From a virus (lineage: Duplodnaviria > Caudoviricetes), in the IMG/VR virus record IMGVR_UViG_3300037478_000323, positions 1-57,653 of that record: a stretch of 57,653 nucleotides of DNA; one strand, 5' to 3'. The notes under the pieces were generated by a model. The model was not told where the DNA came from and made no database searches. It was given only the letters and a program-made list of their open reading frames with translations. Each line of letters begins with the position of its first letter. The first letter of the stretch is position 1. A program made the translations under genes and the position numbers. Below are positions 33,940 through 41,864 of the stretch, one piece after another.

Positions 33940-34445
33940 ACAAGATAACCGAGATCACGTATAAGGGCGCCCCTCGTCGGATCCTCGTGGTGGTTGAGTG
34001 GAAGCGTCGCGACCGTCGTAAAATCCTGGCTTATGACCTCGACAAGCAGGCGGTGCGTGTGTTTCGTGAAGACCGCGTCGAGAGCCGGCGTGAGCTCCTA
34101 GCCGACGTAGATGTAAACCCCGTCGAGGTCGCGCGGGCTGTCGCCCTGTGTGTTCGTGGAGAACTTCCGAAGGGCGACTCGTGGGCCGTCTCGCGCGAGC
34201 TATCGGGCTTCGTCGAACCTGGGGCGCGTGCCGTCACCAACTGGAGCGGCGGAGAATCTTCCGACCATCGCGGAGGCCGAGGGCGCCCTCGTCCCGTGGG
34301 GCCTTGGATCAAACGCGAGCTGATCAAAATCGAGAGCGATCCTCACTGGGAGCAATCCTACGCACTAACCGCGCGGCGGAAGTGCTTGCTTGAGGTGCTA
34401 TCTCGAGTCGAGGGCACGCCGTTGGGCGAGGTCGACGACCAGTAA
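33936..34445 (+). CDS. WYL-like domain protein
   Basis: I.Y....R.I, LAYDLDK.A.R.FR.DRV pattern; AGGAG RBS. Confidence 0.65.
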   Translation: MNKITEITYKGAPRRILVVVEWKRRDRRKILAYDLDKQAVRVFREDRVESRRELLADVDVNPVEVARAVALCVRGELPKGDSWAVSRELSGFVEPGARAVTNWSGGESSDHRGGRGRPRPVGPWIKRELIKIESDPHWEQSYALTARRKCLLEVLSRVEGTPLGEVDDQ

Positions 34446-34542
34446 CGTCAGGCTTCGCTCCTAAGCGCGTTAGACGCTCGCGCCCGGTCCTCGGAAGGGG
34501 TCGGGCGCGCTTGCGTTAGGGAGCCGCTCAGGGCTTCTGACG
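34446..34542. terminator. Long hairpin between convergent genes
   Basis: Nested stems CGTCAG/CTGACG, GCTCCTAA/TTAGGGAGC, GCGCCCG/CGGGCGC. Confidence 0.5.
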
Positions 34543-34544
34543 AA

Positions 34545-35072
34545 CTACTCGTCAAGCGGGATAAGCAAGTCCCGATCGAAGTAGACGAAATAAGGTGTCT
34601 CGTCCCCGTGCTCCCCGGCGCCATCACACAGCCATTCTTTGTGTTGACGGAAGCGAGGGCAGTCTGTGTGACAGCCCCACCGGAACCCGGCCGGCTTTAG
34701 TCGTTCGGCTATTTTGTCGTCGTCGAACTTGAGATCCTCGGGGAGTCTCAGAATCGGGCCATTCAACTCCACGATGACAATGATGGAGCCGGCCTTCACG
34801 TAGTTGGTGAAGCACCAGGACTCGAAGCCGTGCTCTCGCCTACCGGGCTTGGTCCACGACATGTCGGGCAGTCGTGCCCCGAACTTCCTGAGGGTAGGGG
34901 CCGTTTTGCCCTTGATCTGGAAAGCCTGGCGATGCCCGCAGGCAAACTCTAGGATGACGTCGTCGGTTAGGTGGTAGGGGTTGGGGTTCCGATAGGCGTT
35001 CACCACGTCAGGATCGCGTTGGGATAGAGCCCAGTCGACGAACCTGTCTTCTGCCCAGTCGCCGCCGATCAT
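34545..35072 (-). CDS. Putative PD-(D/E)XK nuclease
   Basis: AE..F, DD.I, QIK pattern; ATGA-coupled to the methyltransferase. Confidence 0.45.
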   Translation of the reverse strand: MIGGDWAEDRFVDWALSQRDPDVVNAYRNPNPYHLTDDVILEFACGHRQAFQIKGKTAPTLRKFGARLPDMSWTKPGRREHGFESWCFTNYVKAGSIIVIVELNGPILRLPEDLKFDDDKIAERLKPAGFRWGCHTDCPRFRQHKEWLCDGAGEHGDETPYFVYFDRDLLIPLDE

Positions 35073-35983
35073 CGGATGAGACAAACCCCGAGCTCGCCGA
35101 AGACGCTCGAAAAGAGTTGGGGATCGCTGCCCAGGTAGGCAACCATCTGCCCCTGTAGTGGTGCTCCGCCTGGGTTGCCTTCTGGATCGACGAAGCGAAT
35201 CCGTCCCGAGGGGAAGCAGACCGCGCTTGACGCCCCGAGTAGCCGCTGCCCCCATTTCGTCTCGGTGCCGTTGTTCACCAGGACAATGGCGGCGCTGATC
35301 TCCTCGGCTTCGTAGGATGCTGCGACACGCTCACAGAAGTGCGAGATGAGCGGCTGGGCATAGGGTGGGTTCATCCACACGCGCCCCGCCCACGGCTGCT
35401 CGAGCCCGTTGTCGTCCTCTGTGTAGAAGCGTGAGGCATCGACAGCTCGATTGGCGATCTCACTGCTCGCGGGATCGAGATCGATGCCTCCCATGACGAC
35501 GCGGGCGGCTTCGAGGTACTCAGGCGGCGTGTACCACTCGTTATTGCCGGTGTTGTTCGAGACGTGGGCGCGCGGCGGCTGACACGGCACCCCGGTTTCA
35601 TGTGGCACGTAGGGCGGCGGGGGATCAGGCTCGGCGGCGTCGCCCTTTCGCGGCCGGTTGTCCATGCCGACGTCGGCATAGGTCGCCGGCGGATCCGGCT
35701 GGGTTTCGGAAACAGTTTCCGAAACCCGCCGAGCAAACTCCATGTAGTTGTAGGCGGTCCGCTGCTCGAGCTCGACCGACGCCAGGAACTCGCCCCAGCC
35801 CTTCGCCTTTGGGCCCCGCTCCGGGAAGATCCCGCGCATCCGAAGGAGGGAGGCGCCAATCACCGCCCGCGACTTGTCGCCCTTCTGCTCGGCGAGGCGC
35901 AGCGTAGTCAACTCGGCCTTGATGAGGCCTCGCTCGGCCTCGGGGTCGACCGCGCACTGGACGATTGCGATAGGGTCGCTCAT
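35069..35983 (-). CDS. Phage N6-adenine DNA methyltransferase with DUF3102-like N-terminal domain
   Basis: EWYTP, IDLDPAS, W.GRVWMNPPY, GRIRF; N-terminal IG..L...WGEFL....RTA.NYM. Confidence 0.88.
   Translation of the reverse strand: MSDPIAIVQCAVDPEAERGLIKAELTTLRLAEQKGDKSRAVIGASLLRMRGIFPERGPKAKGWGEFLASVELEQRTAYNYMEFARRVSETVSETQPDPPATYADVGMDNRPRKGDAAEPDPPPPYVPHETGVPCQPPRAHVSNNTGNNEWYTPPEYLEAARVVMGGIDLDPASSEIANRAVDASRFYTEDDNGLEQPWAGRVWMNPPYAQPLISHFCERVAASYEAEEISAAIVLVNNGTETKWGQRLLGASSAVCFPSGRIRFVDPEGNPGGAPLQGQMVAYLGSDPQLFSSVFGELGVCLIR
35701..35735. repeat. 35-bp palindromic repeat, copy 1
   Basis: GGGTTTCGGAAACAGTTTCCGAAACCCGCCGAGCA; identical at 36605-36639. Confidence 0.9.
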
Positions 35984-36062
35984 AGCCAAACCCCGGTTGT
36001 CACCGATCACCGACGCACCTCGCCAGGCGACACGATCGTTATGGTTTTGCCCATGCATAGTG

Positions 36063-36092
36063 AACGCTCGTAGCGTCAGAGAATATTCCGAC
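36063..36092 (-). promoter_or_regulatory. ECF-type promoter with overlapping palindrome
   Basis: Minus strand GGAAT-N19-GTT; GTCAGA-N6-TCCGAC at 36075-36092. Confidence 0.65.
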
Positions 36093-36159
36093 GCGCAGAA
36101 AGTTAACCTGCGGTGAAAAACTCTCCCGATCGAGTCCTCAATTCTCTTCGACAGTCTCC

Positions 36160-36460
36160 GTTCCACCCCACCCTATAGGGGTGGGGGTGTGGGAACGAAG
36201 ACAAGACTTCATTCTGGGAACGAAGGGAACGAAGGGAACGAAGACAGTTAAACACGCGCTATCTAAGGCGAATCTCCATACCCAGGAAGGGAACGAAGAG
36301 ATGCGTATTACGGCGAGATTGGGCTGCTCTTCGTTCCCGGAGTCGGGAACGAAGACAAGTCAACGATTACGCGGGCTTAAGCGGATCGCGCTCTTTTCGA
36401 GAAAAACACTCATTTTCAATAGTCTTCAAGGGTTGGCCGATTCTTCGTTCCCTTCGTTCC
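36160..36460. repeat. Iteron-like GGGAACGAAG repeats; putative replication origin
   Basis: Six direct copies (36191, 36216, 36225, 36234, 36289, 36345) and three inverted (36329, 36443, partial 36452); CCCTATAGGG hairpin. Confidence 0.65.
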
Positions 36461-36602
36461 GGACGTGACTTGTGTCACAGTAGGGCTCATTTTTTTCCGT
36501 TCAGCGTCAGAAAACTCTCATACCAGCGTATTACACAATGAGTGCACTTTCGCGTAATACGTTTAGACGTTGTCCAGATCACCCATGCATGCAGTTCGCC
36601 GA

Positions 36603-36639
36603 GCGGGTTTCGGAAACAGTTTCCGAAACCCGCCGAGCA
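36603..36639. repeat. 35-bp palindromic repeat, copy 2
   Basis: Perfect 15-bp arms GCGGGTTTCGGAAAC-A-GTTTCCGAAACCCGC upstream of terS. Confidence 0.9.
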
Positions 36640-36682
36640 CGCATTTACCGAATGATCATTCGGTGTTAGACTTTGTCCAACG

Positions 36683-37180
36683 TTGTCTGATCATGAACAA
36701 AAACGGGCACCTAAGCGCATGGGGAACCCCGGATGGCGCAAGGGCGGGCCCTCGCCGAACCCCCGAGGACGCCCTCGCTCCACGACCTCGCTGGCCGAGA
36801 CGATCCGCAAATACACGGATCAGCACGCGCTCGTGATGGAGATGAACCGGCTCGTGTTTAACTCGCACTCCGAACAGATCCGGGTTGCCGCCGCCACGTG
36901 GCTCGCCGAGCGCGGCTTCAAAAAACCTGCCCAGGTGATCGAGGTCGCCCAGGTCGATGCCGAGTTCGACGGGCTGTCCCTCGAGGAGCTGGAGCTCGAA
37001 GAGGCTCTGGTTCGCGCCGAGCTCTCAGGGGAGATCATCGACGTCGAGGTGATCGAAGAGCCGAAGGCTCTGCCCGCGCCGGCGCCGCGAACCCTAACGC
37101 TCGCCGACCTCGAGGCCGCCGAGAAGCAACGCAACCGAGACATCGCCTTCGCCAAAAAGAAGGCGAAGCGGAAGCCCTGA
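36683..37180 (+). CDS. terS: Terminase small subunit candidate (DUF5681-like)
   Basis: W.KG..SPNP.GRP motif, AA..L..RG..K; upstream of terL; start may be ATG 36719. Confidence 0.65.
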   Translation: MSDHEQKRAPKRMGNPGWRKGGPSPNPRGRPRSTTSLAETIRKYTDQHALVMEMNRLVFNSHSEQIRVAAATWLAERGFKKPAQVIEVAQVDAEFDGLSLEELELEEALVRAELSGEIIDVEVIEEPKALPAPAPRTLTLADLEAAEKQRNRDIAFAKKKAKRKP

Positions 37181-37219
37181 GGGGTTGTCGATAACGGTTG
37201 GTTCCAGCATACTCAATCC

Positions 37220-37876
37220 ATGCGCAATTCAATCCCCACTTCTCGCACGCTTAGCTTTAACGTCTCTGACGCCCCGATTTCGACAGGGCTCCGCGTCGGG
37301 ATTTACCACCGCGTCTCGACGCTCGACCAGGACCCGGAGCTCGCGCGCAAGGAGCTCGAGGGCTGGGCAGAGCGCCAGGGCGGCTCCGTAGCACTCGACG
37401 TGACGGAGACGGCTAGCGGCGCCTGGAACGGCCGGCCGGGGCTGCAGCGCGTCCTCGAGTCCGCCAGAAAGGGTGAAATCGACGCCGTCGCGGTGTGGAA
37501 GCTCGATCGCTTCGGCCGGAGCTCCCTCGACGTCCTCGCCAACATTGAGGCGCTCGCCAGCGCCGGCGTTCGCTTCGTGGCGGTGACGCAGGGCCTCGAC
37601 GTCAAGCCAGGTGGGGATGCCATGTCGAGGCTTCTCCTGGGCGTACTAGCTGCTGTGGCGGAGTTCGAGCGCGATCTGATACGTGAGCGCACCATGCTCG
37701 GTCTCGAGAGGGCTAGGGCCAAAGGAAAGACGCTAGGGAGGCCTAAGGGCAAGGGTCCAAGCGCCGATGACGTGCGCGACATGCGTCAGCAAGGGTGCAG
37801 TTGGAAGACCATCGCCGACGAGCTCGGCTGCACCGTGTCCATGGCGAGGCGACGAATGAAGGAAGCAGAGGCATAG
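37220..37876 (+). CDS. Small serine recombinase (resolvase/invertase family)
   Basis: YHRVST..Q, SG...RPGL, WKLDRFGRS, AEFER.LI.ERT..GL..A...G..LGRP, C-terminal HTH. Confidence 0.93.
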   Translation: MRNSIPTSRTLSFNVSDAPISTGLRVGIYHRVSTLDQDPELARKELEGWAERQGGSVALDVTETASGAWNGRPGLQRVLESARKGEIDAVAVWKLDRFGRSSLDVLANIEALASAGVRFVAVTQGLDVKPGGDAMSRLLLGVLAAVAEFERDLIRERTMLGLERARAKGKTLGRPKGKGPSADDVRDMRQQGCSWKTIADELGCTVSMARRRMKEAEA

Positions 37877-38019
37877 TGGGCTGCACTCACGCGCTGCTAG
37901 TGAGCAAGGTCGGCTCGTGCCCGATCTGCCCTCCCCCCGGGGTCGAAAACGGGAGGGTGGGGGTGGGGGGCGGCCCCCCCAGGCGCGCAACGAACGCCGA
38001 CGATCGACCAGATCGATCT

Positions 38020-39813
38020 ATGAAAAACGTAGTGCGCGATCGATCAGATCCGGAAAGTCAGAAAAGCGTCATACATGAGCCGTCAGATTCACGAATTCAG
38101 CGCTACGGGACTGAACGGGGCGGGAAAAATCTGGCGATCTCCAAATCACAAGATTCTGACGCAAGCAGTGAAGACAATTCAGTTTCGGGTGATCGCGACC
38201 GAACCGCTGCCCGAGTTCTGACCAAGCGCCCCGAAGACCTCGAGGCTCGGCTCGAGAGAATCCAAGCAGCGAAGCGTCGGAAGCTCGCCGACCGTCTCGA
38301 GCGAATCAAAAAAGCCAAGGCGAAGAGGCGCGGACCGGAGGCCAAGAAGAATCTGCACGAGTTCGTGCGCCAGGCATGGGCGACGATCCACCCCGGCGAG
38401 CCGCTGTCGTGGAACTGGCACCTAAAAACGATCTGCGACCACCTGCAGTACCTCGCGTTCAAACTTCTCGACGTCAGAGACCAGGCGCTCCGGGATCCCG
38501 AGAACGAAGAGACCTACGAGCTAGAAGACAAGAATCTTCTGATCAACGTCCCTCCTCGGTCCCTGAAAACCGAGATCTGCGGCGTGTTCTTTCCGGCATG
38601 GCTCTGGCTCCACGACCCGAGCATCAAGATCCGATACCTCTCCGGCAACGGCAAGGTCAGAACGAAGGCCGCCCGCGCGAGTCGCGATCTAATCTCGTCG
38701 GAGTGGTACCAGCAAGCGTTTGACCCGGCGTGGAAGATCCGCCCGGACATCGACGCCATTGAGCTCTATCAGAACTCCGTCGGCGGCGAGCGCCACAGCG
38801 CCACCACGAACGAGAAGATCACCGGCGAGGGCTCGGACATCATCATTATCGATGACCCCCTCGACGCCAAGGAAGCCAACAGCGAGCTGATCCGAACCGG
38901 CGTCAACGATAAGTGGGACACCGCGATCGAGAACCGGGTGAACAGTCGGAAGCGCTGTCTCCGCATCGGCATCATGCAGAGGCTCCACGAAGAGGACTGG
39001 GCCGGGCATGTCCTGGCTCAGAGCACGTGGCGCCACGTTAGGTTGCCGACGGAGTTCGAGCCGTCGCTTGGCCAGCCGGCGAACAAGCTGGCTTGTAAGT
39101 GCGAGGACTGCAGGAACGAGTCGAGCATCCTAGGCAAGTACGATCACCGCGAGCCCGGGGAGCTCCTTCACCCTGCCCGCTTGGGAGGCAAGACGCTCAC
39201 CGAGGAGAAGGCGAAAGGCTCCTACTACTTCGCCGGTCAGCACCAACAGCGACCCGCGCCCGCGGAAGGCGGGATGTTCAAAAAGGTCTGGTGGCGCTAC
39301 TACGACCCCGGCAAGCCGCTGCCAACGTTCCGCCGGATCATCATCGCCGTCGACTGCTCGGCAAAGAAGACGGTTACCGGCTCGAGGACTTCGATGCTGG
39401 TCTTCGGGGAGTCCGGCCCGAACCGCTACATCCTCGACAACATCACCAAGCCGATGGACATCCTCGACATGAAGAAAGCGATTCGAAAGCTACGCGAGCG
39501 CTTTCCGAAGTCGACCATCGTCATCGAGGACAAGGCCGCCGGCTCCGACGTGATCGTGGAGCTCCGGGTCGATCTTGCCGGGATCGTGGACTGGGACCCG
39601 AAGGGGGTCTCGAAGGAGTCCCGGGCGTTCTCCGTGGTTGGTATCGTCGAGGGCGGTAACGTCCTGCTACCGATGGCCGCGCCCTGGCTCGATGACTTCA
39701 TCCATGAGACCGCCATCTTTCCGAATGGCAGTCACGACGATCAGATCGATTCCCTAAGTATGGGGCTTTCGTACCTCCGCGGTGAGCGCGCCTTGCAGCG
39801 GACTAAGCTTTAG
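38020..39813 (+). CDS. terL: Terminase large subunit
   Basis: INVPPRSLKT, TGEG.D.IIIDDP, MQRLHE.D, QQ.P, IEDKA.G, FPNG.HDDQID; start uncertain. Confidence 0.92.
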   Translation: MKNVVRDRSDPESQKSVIHEPSDSRIQRYGTERGGKNLAISKSQDSDASSEDNSVSGDRDRTAARVLTKRPEDLEARLERIQAAKRRKLADRLERIKKAKAKRRGPEAKKNLHEFVRQAWATIHPGEPLSWNWHLKTICDHLQYLAFKLLDVRDQALRDPENEETYELEDKNLLINVPPRSLKTEICGVFFPAWLWLHDPSIKIRYLSGNGKVRTKAARASRDLISSEWYQQAFDPAWKIRPDIDAIELYQNSVGGERHSATTNEKITGEGSDIIIIDDPLDAKEANSELIRTGVNDKWDTAIENRVNSRKRCLRIGIMQRLHEEDWAGHVLAQSTWRHVRLPTEFEPSLGQPANKLACKCEDCRNESSILGKYDHREPGELLHPARLGGKTLTEEKAKGSYYFAGQHQQRPAPAEGGMFKKVWWRYYDPGKPLPTFRRIIIAVDCSAKKTVTGSRTSMLVFGESGPNRYILDNITKPMDILDMKKAIRKLRERFPKSTIVIEDKAAGSDVIVELRVDLAGIVDWDPKGVSKESRAFSVVGIVEGGNVLLPMAAPWLDDFIHETAIFPNGSHDDQIDSLSMGLSYLRGERALQRTKL

Positions 39814-39894
39814 GGAACGTCACGAAGACCGCCCGAGGTCGCTCCAGATACCTGACGACGGCTATCGCTTGAAGCAAGCAGATCAGTGTGTGTG

Positions 39895-40278
39895 TCATCC
39901 TGTTACCTCCGCCGCCTCATCGAGAGCCGACCGCAGCCACGCCGATAGGCTCTCGCCCGAGGTCTTCGCCGCCGCCTTCCATCGCTTGAGCTCCTCGCCG
40001 GTGACCTTGACGGGGATCGTACGGTCGCGCACGCCGTTCCCGCGCCCGCGGGGGCGCCCAGGGCTCCCGGGCTCGCGTGGGAGACACCAGCGCCCCTGAG
40101 CGTCCCTCTCGAGCTCCCCGGCCTCGGTCATCTCCTCGAGGACAGCGAGGGTCTCGTGGTGGGCCGAACTCCTAGATGGTGTCTGGGTGCCAAACAGGAA
40201 GCGAGCCAACACCAAGGCTGACAGAGGACTTTGTGTCGCGAGAAACTGGAGGATCGCCTTTTTCTGTTGCTTGGTCAT
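39895..40278 (-). CDS. wHTH + ribbon-helix-helix DNA-binding protein
   Basis: GRPRG hook; I.V.V...E...W.AAA...G.SLS.W.R. Confidence 0.65.
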   Translation of the reverse strand: MTKQQKKAILQFLATQSPLSALVLARFLFGTQTPSRSSAHHETLAVLEEMTEAGELERDAQGRWCLPREPGSPGRPRGRGNGVRDRTIPVKVTGEELKRWKAAAKTSGESLSAWLRSALDEAAEVTG

Positions 40279-40283
40279 GACTG

Positions 40284-40496
40284 TCAGCGGGTGATGACGG
40301 ACTCTGCCGGAACGGACACAACGTCACCTATCTTGCACCATATACCGTCAATGTTTACAGCGTAACCAGTATTCGAGCGAGGTACCTTGGTTAATTTCAC
40401 GTCGACGATGCGAACTCCCTGACGCACGACCCGTCCACCTACGGAATGATCGTCGAGGAGCCAAACCAGGGAGCCATTGCGAACCGCGTCCGTCAT
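40284..40496 (-). CDS. Small early protein
   Basis: Starts at the leaderless ATG 40496. Confidence 0.6.
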   Translation of the reverse strand: MTDAVRNGSLVWLLDDHSVGGRVVRQGVRIVDVKLTKVPRSNTGYAVNIDGIWCKIGDVVSVPAESVITR

Positions 40497-40532
40497 GTTT
40501 TTCAGTATACCCGTTGGTTTCGAGTTTGTCAA
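40494..40532 (-). promoter_or_regulatory. Leaderless sigma70 promoter
   Basis: TTGACA-17-TATACT-GAAAAAC-ATG. Confidence 0.85.
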
Positions 40533-40723
40533 CTTCCGAGCACCCTGTCGGCCGGCCGCTGGAAGAAAGCGCTGACGCGAGCGGCGCGGGCTTGGATAAC
40601 CGCCCGACGTCGCTCCGAACCGATGGGGAACAGCCACCGGACCCGGAGCAGTCGCTCGAGGAATCGGATCTGGACTCGGAGCCAGCGTTGACGCGGGGTG
40701 AAGGGGATCGGGCTGCCCATCAC
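40529..40723 (-). CDS. Small basic hypothetical protein
   Basis: Coupled to the upstream ORF. Confidence 0.4.
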   Translation of the reverse strand: MMGSPIPFTPRQRWLRVQIRFLERLLRVRWLFPIGSERRRAVIQARAARVSAFFQRPADRVLGS

Positions 40724-40965
40724 GACAGCCCGACTTTTGCAGCGTAGCGAGCGGCATCGCTCAAAGGGATCTGAAAGTGTTGGAGCGTCTTCACTAGATG
40801 CTTGGTCCCTTCTCGACAGAGTTTCTCGGCTTCGTCGAGGTCTCGAGAATTCACCAACTCGTCGTTATAGTAATGACGAGCGATCTCGTCTCGAAGTGAC
40901 CTCATCGCCGCCAGGTCGTTAGTTATGGACTGGAGCAAGGCGATGCAGATGACAACATTGAGCAT
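40720..40965 (-). CDS. Hypothetical protein with hydrophobic N-terminus
   Basis: GAGG RBS after promoter TCGACC-17-TATACT (41011-40983). Confidence 0.55.
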   Translation of the reverse strand: MLNVVICIALLQSITNDLAAMRSLRDEIARHYYNDELVNSRDLDEAEKLCREGTKHLVKTLQHFQIPLSDAARYAAKVGLS

Positions 40966-41095
40966 TACGCAACCTCTTTCTCAGTATACCCAGTTTCTGA
41001 TTCGAGGTCGACTCTCCCGCCCTCCGCGAGCTCCCAGACCAGCTCGAGCTCGTCGGGGTCATCGAGGTCGAATAGGAAGCCTTCGATTGGGATGA

Positions 41096-41329
41096 TCATC
41101 GACTCTTCCTAGACAGAAGTTCACGGCGGCGCTCTTTGACGGCTCTCCGGTGAGCCTTGGCGACCGGTCGGTTGTGCCAAGCGCCCGTGTTGGACGCGGC
41201 GGGAATCCGGTCCGTGTGGGTATCATCAATGCAGCCTTCGACGATCTTACCATCGACGATCCGACGGTAGGGATTGTTCGCGGGGCGAAGGCAAGTGGTG
41301 CAGCGGTCGGCGGTGATGTCGTTCTTCAT
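41096..41329 (-). CDS. Small zinc-binding early protein
   Basis: CxxC...C...H; leaderless ATG after TTGCAC-16-TATACT (41364-41337). Confidence 0.6.
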   Translation of the reverse strand: MKNDITADRCTTCLRPANNPYRRIVDGKIVEGCIDDTHTDRIPAASNTGAWHNRPVAKAHRRAVKERRRELLSRKSR

Positions 41330-41373
41330 ATTTCTCAGTATACCCACGAATTCCGACGGTGCAAGCGAAAACG

Positions 41374-41568
41374 TCAGAAAACGACAGCGCCCGTCGTTCG
41401 GAGCCCCAAAGCCGTACGAACGAGGTCAGAGGGGGTCATTTGGTACTTCCTAGCCGTTTCTCTGACGGAATCTAGCTCCGCCCGGGACAAACGGACCTGA
41501 AGAACCATTGTACGGGCGTCAGCCTTCTTCTTCCGGCCGGCTCCCAACCTTGCGCCACCTTTAGACAT
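41374..41568 (-). CDS. AT-hook + RHH regulator
   Basis: GGAR.GAGRK; L.VRLS..E.....A.....PS..VR. Confidence 0.7.
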   Translation of the reverse strand: MSKGGARLGAGRKKKADARTMVLQVRLSRAELDSVRETARKYQMTPSDLVRTALGLRTTGAVVF

Positions 41569-41761
41569 TGACGTGCACAACCTCTCCCACCCGGAGCTTA
41601 CCCCGAATGTAGTCGGAAACGGTCTTCCCGGAGCATTGAGCCCTGGATCGCACTTCGTCGGCCTCTGTCTCCGTCAGAGCGACGGTCAGCCTGACGGTGC
41701 GTGGCATGGCTCGAGCCTTCTCTAGTTGCTCCTCGAGTATCTCTCTGACATCTCTAGGCAT
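41561..41761 (-). CDS. RHH (MobC-like) regulator
   Basis: RLTV.LT..E...V...A...G.TVSDYIR. Confidence 0.7.
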   Translation of the reverse strand: MPRDVREILEEQLEKARAMPRTVRLTVALTETEADEVRSRAQCSGKTVSDYIRGKLRVGEVVHVNV

Positions 41762-41769
41762 ATCTGTAT

Positions 41770-41795
41770 GACGCGAGGGCGCCCTGAACTATTCC
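41770..41795 (-). promoter_or_regulatory. Leaderless ECF-type promoter
   Basis: GGAAT-N18-GTC-8 nt-ATG(41761). Confidence 0.7.
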
Positions 41796-41864
41796 CCCGA
41801 TCTACTGTAGTCCTGGAAGATTATACTCCTGAACCGAGGCCCGCTTTTCTGGTACTGATCTTGC

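Noticed and set aside
36191-36460. CRISPR array
   Set aside because: Repeats are only 10 bp, irregularly spaced, overlapping and in both orientations; no cas operon.
37795-38019. Extended terL N-terminus from 37795
   Set aside because: Overlaps the recombinase gene and runs through G/C tracts and repeat-like DNA; a later start is more plausible.
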